From Octopus vulgaris (lineage: Eukaryota), in assembly GCA_951406725.2 (NCBI GenBank), contig OX597818.1:41478001-41542000 (forward strand): a stretch of 64,000 bases of DNA. The letters run 5' to 3'. Below are positions 53,630 through 64,000 of this stretch, in pieces. Every line of letters begins with the position of its first letter. Positions within the stretch are counted from its first letter, which is position 1. Position numbers and translations under genes: made by a program. The notes beneath the pieces are model-generated. The model ran no database searches and was not told the DNA's origin. It was given only the letters and a program-made list of their open reading frames with translations.

Positions 53630-54375
53630 TACATATCATATATATATACATACATATATATATTCATACACACATATATACACACACACGCACACATACA
53701 TACACATGCATCTATAAATATATATACATACATACACATATACATACATACATGTATACACATACATATATACATATATATACACGCACGCACACACACA
53801 CACGTACACACATTCTCACACACATATGTATACATACTGCTAACATTCATACCGTTTGCAGTTACTTTTTGTTTTCCATCGTTCATTTTTGCTTTAATTT
53901 TTATTTTTTTGTAACGAAATTCAATATTCAATACCTGATGTAAATTCAAAAATAAAGAGGCAAATATTAATAAGTCACAATACAAATGCAATTATAACAC
54001 AATATAAGCTTTATGACGACATCATGTCTATATTCACGATAAATACATTAAGTGCTTATGAAGGTAGTGAGGTAATTTTAAAGCTGATCTGTATTTTGTG
54101 ACGTCGTAGCAACATTCATAACGTAATTTCCATCCTTCGGATCAATGAATGAAACTCGTTGATATGTGAGTATATCCAAAGATTAGGGAATGGAGTAGAT
54201 AAAAATCTAGGCTCTGTGTGTGTGTGCGTGTGCGTGTGTGTGTATCTACATATAGATGTATATACATGTATATACATATATACATCTAAGAATCTGTATG
54301 TACATTTATGTGCAAACGTGCATAAATTTACGTATACACACCTATATATATACATGTATGTATATATATATATAT

Positions 54376-54428
<53 letters not shown>

Positions 54429-54635
54429 CATACATATACATATACATACATATACAATACATATCTGTGTATGCATATATAAATAGCCAAACACACACAC
54501 ATACACAAACCCACACACGCACACACACAAACACACATTTGCTTTTACCTGACTCGTTGATACATGTATGTTTCCTTATATACATATGTATGTATATAGA
54601 TGCAGACAAACAGACAGACAGGCAAGCTGACAAAC

Positions 54636-54733
<98 letters not shown>

Positions 54734-55555
54734 TCATAATCTTTCATAAAATACTGATAACGTGCTAATACCTTTACTTTAAATATTAAATGATTTCAAA
54801 TTCCAACAAAATAGACACACCTCTGAAAGAACGTTTTTTTTCCAGTTTTTTTTCTTATTATTTCCTTCCAATTTAAATTGACATTCCTTCTGAATTAATG
54901 TTTTAAAAAATATCAAATAAAATATATAATTATTAAAATATATAATTACTGAGCGGCTGACAAATGTCGTAAGTCCGTATAAGTTTTATTTTCAAATCTC
55001 CCTAAGGCCGACTCAGCCGTTCATCTTTCATTTCTTTTTTTTTACGGAATCGACAAAATATGGCCGAGTTAAAAATCTATAATCATAGACTGATTATGAC
55101 CTCATACCCAAATTAGCAATCGTTACTGTTTGTTGTTAGTGTTACTGTATTTAAAAATGAAGTTTATTCTTTTGATAAGAAAACCGAAAAATCCAAATAT
55201 ATATATAAACACTGATTAAGAATTTTTTTTAATGGTATATATTCCTATTCGTGTCACACCAATTTCCATAAATTGGTCGCTGTTCAGCACTTTTCAGACC
55301 TGAAAAATAAATAAGAGACAATTGGAGTTGGTATTAGTTGCAGCCAATGGAATCAGTCAGGAGTTAATCTAACGACTGAACGGTCGCTTGTTCAAATCCA
55401 GTTCGTTCAATAACGAAACAGAAGGTTGCTAAACAACTGTATATTTTCAAAAATCATAAATAACTACAAATATCTATATCAAAATGGCACAACAGTTTCT
55501 CAAGAGTAAAAACTTTTTTTTTTGAATAGTAATCATAATAATAATAATAATAATA

Positions 55556-55602
<47 letters not shown>

Positions 55603-56172
55603 CATTATTATTATTATTAATATAGGGGGAGAGAACGATGCTGTTACGAAACTGGTCATAGTAGAGTGGTATTACCGATAGGCCAACGGTCTGGGAAGGA
55701 AAATTAAAATGAAAGCATAAAAGAAAGAAGCCACTGTTTATATCTCAACACTGGCGCAATAAACTACTACCAATGGAGGCTCACATGTGTAAGCAGCGGG
55801 AGCAGACACCCCTGCATAACTTGAAGGGTGTTTGACTTCCTTTTCCTTTGTTAAGTGTTGTATGCTGGATTCTATTCAGATTCACTTATTGACGAACTTG
55901 GAAAGTGTGAGCCATAACTGACACTAGTGTGTGCGTGTGTGTTTTTATGCCACAGTTACGTAATGGTCCAAGATCTTCGTTCGGAGCCAGAATATATAAA
56001 AGAAATTGGTTATGAGACGATGAACAAACCATCCTTAACTGTTTCCGGAGGAGGGAGTTGGTGGAGGATAACATTAAAAAGTAATAAATATATCATTCGC
56101 TCTTATGACGTCATGTAAAAACGTCACGAAGACAGTCATACAAATATATATATGTGTGTGTATGTATGTATG

Positions 56173-56218
<46 letters not shown>

Positions 56219-56224
56219 AATGTT

Positions 56225-56279
<55 letters not shown>

Positions 56280-56926
56280 AATTTATTTTTAAAGGTAAAT
56301 TTTCTCTATATAGAGAGGACACGCCGAAGCACTCAAGACATATATATACATGTATGTATATACGTGTGCGTATATGTATGCATGTATGTATGTGTACATG
56401 TATGCATGAATGTATGTATGTAAATATATATATATGCATATTACATATTCATATATATATATATATATATATGTATATAATATATATATATATATATGTA
56501 TGTATATATATATATGTATATATATATATGTATGTATATATATATATATATATATATATACGTATAATTTTTTTCTGTATATAATTGTAAACCGATAGGT
56601 GTAAATAAAGAATTGTTTAATATTTCTCCAAAAATTCCCATATTTCTTGTGGCATTCCATGTACCGGAATCTGTATTGTATCAGTTTCCACTAATAAACT
56701 AATAAATTAATTTAACTCTATTGCAATTAGATTTGATTAAAAAAAAAATGAGGTGCAAAACAAAGTTTTTTTTTTTTTATTGTGAATCGTGAAGACACGC
56801 AATGTTGAACTGAACTCAGAAGCCAAAAGAAAATGGCAGACAACACTAATAAGATGCGTTTATGAACAATAAATTCCGATTAGTGAATCTATAAACGTGA
56901 CACACAAACCCTCCCCTCTTCTCTCT

Positions 56927-56974
<48 letters not shown>

Positions 56975-57022
56975 TACACACGCTCATTCGCCCCTCTCTC
57001 TCGCTTTTTTCTGCCTTTCTCG

Positions 57023-57059
<37 letters not shown>

Positions 57060-57238
57060 AAACTAACTATTTATTTATCTATCTGCCTGGCTCTCTTTTT
57101 TTTTTCTCTCTCAGCCTCTCTTTTCTCTCATTCTTTCTCTATCTCTGTCTCTTCCTGTCTATCTGCCTTTCTTTTGTCGCTATCTCCCTCTCTTTCCCTT
57201 TTCCCTTTCTATATATCTATCTTCTATCTGTATATTTT

Positions 57239-57292
<54 letters not shown>

Positions 57293-57385
57293 TCTCTTTC
57301 TCACTCTTTCTCATTTTTTTCTGTCTCGCTTTCTCTGTCTCGCTTTCTCTGTCTCGCTTTCTCTGTCTCTCTTTGTCTCTATCTG

Positions 57386-57428
<43 letters not shown>

Positions 57429-58966
57429 CTCTCTCTCTCTCTCTCTCTCTTTCTCCCTCGCTTTCTCTTTCGTTTCTCTGTTTCTTTTTCTCTCCCCTCT
57501 TTCACTTCCTTTCTCTCTCTCTCCCTTTCCCTCCCTTTCTCTCCCTTTCACTCCCTTGTCTGAGCAAATACGAAACTACACTTGTACACACGAGTAAGTC
57601 AACTCGCGACCGTGACTCAATGTACCTCATAAAAATATTGGAAACATTTTCTCTAAATGTTCAGATGAGGAGAAGGAAGTCTGAGACCATTCCATTCACA
57701 GCTAAAACTTACCATAATTAATTCTATATCTCTCTAGCGAGCACCTCACTCTTCCAAGTTAAAAATCTTCATAAGTTCAACTTTGCCTTTTGCTTTTATC
57801 CTCAGGAGATCGATAAAATAATTAAATACCAGTGACGAAAGGATATCAATATAATTGCTGATACTACTCCCATTTGTTATCAACCCTTACCCCCCTCTCT
57901 CTCGCTTTCTCTTTCTCTCTCTCTCTCTCCCTATCAATCTAACTCTCTCTCTCTACCACTCTATCTAATTCTATCTCTCTATCTGTCTCTTTATCTATAC
58001 CTCTTACCGCCACCTTCCTATTTCTGCCCCTCTTTGTACCTCCCTCTCTTCCTTCCTCTCTCTAATATTTTTTCTTCCTTTTCTTCTCGTTGTTTCGTCT
58101 GTATTCATATTGTTCTGCATGTCTTAGCTTTAAACATTTTGTAAAACGTCCCGCAACTGCGATAAAAGCTTTTAAAAAATCATCTTAAATGTTCAATTTG
58201 TTCTACACGAGCAAATTCAAAAGTGTATTCCAAGCAATAATTCATTATGAAACAAGGTTTTGAAAGAGTTTCCAACGTTAAAAATATGAAAAATAAGAAT
58301 ACTCGACATCTCATCTATTACCGAACTGGTCTTTGGGTTGGTCATCTTGAAGACAAGAACTGCAGCTGCGCAAATTTGGACGATAAGGATCCAAGCTGAG
58401 GCGTAGTGGGGTTGGTTGAGGAAGAGTATTTAAACGTGGAAAGGATAATTGCCCGTGTGTTTGGCGTTAGAATGCTTATGAATGAATCTGATAATAAGAT
58501 ATGCGTCGGCATTTTGAATAAATGGTCGTGTGTGATTCTTGAGAATGGGAGAATTCGTGTGAATATAAAGTATTTTTTTAACAGAAATTGTATATATTTG
58601 TACTTCATGCAATTAACCGTAAACAAAAACAAAAAAAAACTCGCCAGTCTGGTCAATATTTTTTCGTGCTTTTTTTTTGGTATTATTGTAGTTTTGTTTT
58701 TATGATCTCACTCTATCAATCTTTCTCTCTTTCACACACGCGCATACACACATACAAACATACACACACGCACGCATATGCACACACATGTACACGCATA
58801 TACACAAGCATGCTCACACACATATTCACACACACATGCATACACACATGCTCATATACACACATATTAGATCATATCTTCATATGTATCTTTGTAGACA
58901 TATACATATATATACACATACATATATACATTTATACATACATACATACATACATACATACATACA

Positions 58967-58997
<31 letters not shown>

Positions 58998-59169
58998 GCT
59001 CTTACAACTCCATATGTCCTCTTTCACACACACTAACACACATACAAGGACAAATTCACAGTCCATCTCTCTCTAAGCATGTATGGGAGAAGACAAGAGT
59101 GTGTGTGTGTGTGTGTGTGTTTGCTGTGTGTGTATGTGCTGTGTGTGCTGTGTGTGTACTGTGAGTGTG

Positions 59170-59220
<51 letters not shown>

Positions 59221-59293
59221 GTGTGCTGTGTACCTTCTCTATATCTAGCCGCGTGGAAATCTCTTAACGGAAGGATAGAGATAGATAGAAAGA

Positions 59294-59614
59294 AGGACGC
59301 GTGGTTTAGTGACTAGGGTAAACGGCTCATGATCGTAAACTCGTGAGTTCGATTCCCGGCGGCGCGTTGTGTCCTTGAGCAAGACTCTTTATTTCACGTT
59401 GCTCCAGCCCACTCAGCTGGCAAAATTGAGCAGTACCTGTAAATCAAGGGGCCGACCTTGTCACTTTCTGTATCACGCTGAATGCCTCTTAGATCTACGC
59501 TAAGGGTACGCGTGTCAGTGGAGTGCTCAGCCACTTGCATGTTAATTTCACGAGCAGGCTGTTCCGTTGATCGGATCAGCTGGAACCCTCGTCGTCGCAA
59601 CCGACGGAGCGCCA
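59294..59614 (+). mobile_element. tRNA/CORE-like SINE family 4
   Basis: Head GCGTGGTTTAGTG..GAGTTCGATTCCC, CORE-like TGTGTCCTTGAGCAAGAC, and tail gtggagtgctcagccactt...ggaaccctcgtcgtcg. Confidence 0.8.
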
Positions 59615-59677
59615 GTTCAGATAGACCGAACTACCTCCGTGTGTGAAAAAAAAAAATTTGAACGGAGTGATTATATA

Positions 59678-60082
59678 GGCGCAGGAGTGGCTGTGTGGTA
59701 AGTAGCTTGCTTACCAACCACACGGTTCCGGGTTCAGTCCCACTGCGTGGCACCTTGGGCAAGTGTCTTCTACTATAGCCTCTGGCCGACCAAAGCCTTG
59801 CGAGTGGATTTGGTAGACGGAAACTGAAAGAAGCCCGTCGTATATATGTATATGTGTGTGTGCTTGTGTGTGTTTGTGTGTCTGTGTTTGTCCCCCCAAC
59901 ATCGCTTGACAACCGATGCTGGTGTGTTTACGTCCCCGTAACTTAGCGGTTCGGCAAAAGAGACCGATAGAATAAGTACTAGGCTGACAAAGAATAAGTC
60001 CTGGGGTCGATTTGCTCGACTAAAGGCGGTGCTCCAGCATGGCCACAGTCAAATGACTGAAACAAGTAAAAGAGTAAAAGAG
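59678..60082 (+). mobile_element. tRNA-derived SINE family 1, full length, with internal microsatellite
   Basis: Pol III-like head GGCGCAGGAGTGGCTGTGTGGTAAG...GGTTCAGTCCC, CORE-like CCTTGGGCAAGT, internal (TA)/(TG), and tail ending (GAGTAAAA)n. Many homologs in the window. Confidence 0.85.
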
Positions 60083-61316
60083 AATATGTGCGTGCGTGTA
60101 CATAAAAGAAAATAACTTGTTAAATGGTGGGTGTATGTTCCATGGAAAAATTACAAAATATAATTTTCAAATAGTTCTATTTTGTAGTACTCGAAATGTT
60201 TAAATGTACATATGAGTTACCACTTCCTAAAATAACTGCTATCAGTGAAATGAAGTTCTAGTAATAAAGCTTGCTTCAAACTGTAGTGTAATTCTTTGAA
60301 TATATTTTTTACTACAAATATATTTTCCTTGAATCTCATTAGTAGAGTTATCTGGAAGATTTCTCTTATTGATATGAATTATATTATTCTTATTTATTCA
60401 TCTATTGTCTTCGATTTAGCTCTGTAGAATTTGATTACAGGCCTTATTAAGCCGGTATGAGGTGAGAACTGTGAAGTTGAAACCATAGAGCTTCTAACGC
60501 ACGAAATCTGTAACCGGTTTCGAATCCACGGGGTAGCTTGTTCCTATTCTTTATTAAACTAAGCACTTTGGAGAAAATATGAACGTCAAAGCGCCCCATT
60601 CTCAAAACGTGGACGGCACCGTCAGGAAATAGAGATAAGCTCTGTTGGTAAACCGGGGTCGGCGAGAACCCAGTTTCAATTCCTGGGGGCAATAATTTTC
60701 CTTCATTTTGCTTAGGTTGCAAATATCCTCCAGAAATGCACGAATTCCACGCAATAAACTTCTGGCCTTGTATGAATATTTCTTAAAATACTTTGCGTTA
60801 TAACGCTTCAAATACCCATATATGGTACATAAAGACCAAAATTAAGGTTATATTTCTTTGTCGTTCGTGAAATTATTTGTATTAAAAGTTTAAATTAAAC
60901 TAAACAGACTGACTGGCGAAGTTAATACAGCTTTTGAACATAAAAAATATATAAATTTTTATAAGAAAATGTTTAAAAAAATGGATTTTAAAAAAGTATT
61001 AAAGATGTAAAAAATATTTTTAAAATAAAAAATAAAAATAATCAAATACAAAAAAAACTGAGTAAATTAACGAGAAATAATCATTTATTTAATTGCTACA
61101 AAAATAATACAATATTTAAAGGTATTGTGTTATATTGAATGCAGAATCTCTTATTATAATAATTAATACAAAACACAAAACTAATAGAAATTGATAGCAA
61201 TACTTAGAAATATGCCGGTAGAAATAAGCAGAATATACACATATACACATACACAAACAAATGTATACATATGTGACATATATACACGCGTGCATGCACG
61301 CACACACATATATACA

Positions 61317-61348
<32 letters not shown>

Positions 61349-61491
61349 CATATACATATATATATGTGTGTGTGTGTGTGTGTATGTGTGTGTGTGTGTA
61401 TGTATATATGTGTGTGTCTGTGTCTGTGTGTGTATGTATGTATGTTTGTCTATATACGTTTATATACGTGTATGCATACATACATACATAC

Positions 61492-61526
<35 letters not shown>

Positions 61527-61653
61527 AGAACAAAGTGTACGTACGCCGCTATATATATATACATATAAAATACAAAATGGGACAAGAACGCAAAACATCC
61601 GGACAACTAGGTGATACAAAAAGAGACAATATATATGTATGTATGTGCATATA

Positions 61654-61687
<34 letters not shown>

Positions 61688-62327
61688 GTTATAGTTATAG
61701 TTACAGCTATTTACGCATTTAGATGTATATAAAAATATTGACAGATGCACACATGCATATGTACAAATATCTTCAAATTAAACTTTAAAATGAAAATATA
61801 TGATTCAATTTTTTTTTAAATATAATTAAAATGCAAAAAAAAATTAAATAGATTTTTTTTGTGTTTGTATGTGTGTAGATCACAAAAGCGCTCGAAAATA
61901 TTCCTAAATCGCTGATTTTATTTTTATTTTTACCCATTTTTATGTGTGCGGGGGCGGGTTGCTCTTTGGAGCCGTTAACGACAACATATAAAGCAATAAT
62001 TTTTTCTCCTCCAGCAATGCATTGGATTGGTGCTGACAGTAAAATGCCAGACAAAATATTTGCAGTATTTAGTCTCATCTCATTACGTTCTGGGTTCAAA
62101 TTCCCACCAAGCTCGACTTTGCCTTTTCGCCTTTTTCCGGAGAGCGATAAATTAACCACCAGCAAAGTACTGAGATCGTTAATAATCACACGCATACAAA
62201 AGAAATTTATTTCTTGAACCTATGAATCAACCAATATTCTCTATCCCAGTAACAGACAACTACAGATGATGTTTTGAGGCTGGAAGGAAAAGATAGAAGT
62301 TAATGGTTAATTAAATGTTAACATATA

Positions 62328-62692
62328 GGCGCAGGAGTGGCTGTATGGTAGGTTGCTTGTTTACCAACCACATGCTTCCGGGTTCAGTCCCACTGCGTGG
62401 CACCTTGGGCAAGTGTCTTCTACTATAGCCTCGGGCCGACCAAAGCGGAAACTGAAAGAAGCCCGTCGTATATATGTGTGTGTTTGTGTGTCTGTGTCTG
62501 TCCCCCCAATATCGCTTGACAACCGATGCTGGTGAGTTTACGTCCCCGTAACTTAGCGGTTCGGCAAAAGAGACCGATAGAATAAGTACAGGGCTTACAA
62601 AGAATAAGTCCCGGGGTCGAGTTGCTCGACTAAAGGCGGTGCTCCAGCATGGCCGCAGTCAAATGACTGAAACAAGTAAAAGAGTAAAGAGT
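62328..62692 (+). mobile_element. SINE family 1 copy with a small internal deletion
   Basis: Colinear with 59678-60082. Confidence 0.85.
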
Positions 62693-63813
62693 ATATTATC
62701 CCGTATATTTTTGTTCAGAGATGTCTAGTAAAGATATATTTGAACGAAAATGTATGTTCACTGTACTCTGAGATGTACTCTGACTTCACTATACTCTGAC
62801 TTTACTGTACTCTGACTTTATTTCTGACTTATTTCTGATCCGATGTTATTCCCGTTCGTGATGTTATTCCCGTTCTCTATCATTAACTGTCAGTAACTAT
62901 CATTCCCATCAATAAACTCATAATAAATCATAACTGATCCAAAATAATTTGGGTACTTATTCTTCCTTATATACAGATTCAAAATAAATAATAAAAAAAT
63001 ATGATTTTGGTGGACATGGAAATTGAAAAAAAAAGATGTCTATGTTAAGCGGTTAGTAGGGATAATGGTTGGAATGAACGCTATTATGAGGCTAGTTTTG
63101 TTGTAATTTAGTGCGGGCTGTTGTTAGTGTAGGGTCTCGGTCCAGTCATGATCAAATACATCTATGATCAAAGACATTCTACCCATCGTCATCCGTTTTA
63201 TTGTATATCAAGGACTATATTGTCCAATATATCCTTTATTAAAGACAGTAGAATGAAATCCGAGGGAAATTTAGCTGCCATTTTTAGCAGATCTACTTAC
63301 CACGTAGACGTTCTCTCTATATTTGTATTATGGCAATGATATTTGTAGCAGTGACTATAATGATGGTGATTGTATTGAGGACGAGAAGAAGGAGGAGTAT
63401 GTTGGGAGATTGTCATTATTATCGTTGTAGGGTGATGCGGTTTGAGGATGAGCCACAGAAAGTATCTGTGAAAATGTATAGTTTATCATTTAAGCATAAC
63501 TTTCCTTCGAAGCTATCAGGACACAGATTATTTGCAACGTGGGATCTCTTGTTTCTTTTTCTCCTTATTTGCAGCGGTGTGTTTGATACGGGTCTGTGTA
63601 TGTTTGATATGGGTCTGTGTACTAACGTGTCTCACCCTGTGTCTATGAACATGGCCAACAGTCAAATGACTGAAATACGTAAAAGAGTAAAAGAGTAAAT
63701 CATCCGCTCAAGTTGATCGGCAAGAAACCGCGGGACTCTCTTCTGTCGTCTAACACAGATGAGTCCGTGATATATTTGTGTCTGTGCGCGTGTGCTTATA
63801 TGAAGGCGCGCAA

Positions 63814-64000
63814 GGCGGCGAGCTGGCAGAAACGTTAGCACGCCGGGCGAAATGCTTAGCCGTATTTCGTCTGTCGTTACGTTCTGAGTTCAAATTCCGC
63901 CGAGGTCGACTTTGCCTTTCATCCTTTCGGGGTCGATAAATAAAGTACCAGTTACACACTGGGGTCGATGTAATCGACTTAATCCCTTTGTCTGTCCTTG
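63814..64000 (+). mobile_element. SINE family 2 copy running off the window end
   Basis: GGCGGCGAGCTGGCAGAAACGTTAGC...GAGTTCAAATTCCGCCGAGG. Further copies at 9415-9605(+), 31502-31715(+) and 24810-24950(-). Confidence 0.85.

Noticed and set aside
58342-58705. Non-repetitive 99-104 aa ORFs downstream of ChAT
   Set aside because: No recognisable motif or splice structure, and they overlap on opposite strands.

Overview
AT-rich, microsatellite-dense eukaryotic genomic DNA. The repeat landscape suggests a cephalopod (octopus-like), but this is an inference. The only host gene I can support is the 3' half of a choline O-acetyltransferase (ChAT) on the + strand. Seven GT-AG exons (4339-4439, 10827-10958, 25182-25304, 36405-36543, 37619-37681, 38933-39070, 42166-42591) splice in frame to 373 aa plus a stop. 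They contain the catalytic His (EHSPSEG), the choline-type GRVDNIR motif, LSTSQ and a Gln-rich C-terminal tail. The introns and flanks hold several tRNA-derived SINE families with swapped heads and tails, Tc1/mariner and hAT MITEs, Helitron ends and Dong/R4 LINE relics. The most notable signal is a set of type I hammerhead-ribozyme motifs in short, (TA)n-associated, Penelope-like terminal-repeat remnants of several unrelated families. Those with a canonical CUGAnGA core lie antisense to ChAT, and the sense-strand ones have variant or decayed cores. Two fold-back palindromes appear to be built from such termini. Almost all ORFs in the supplied track are microsatellite artefacts.
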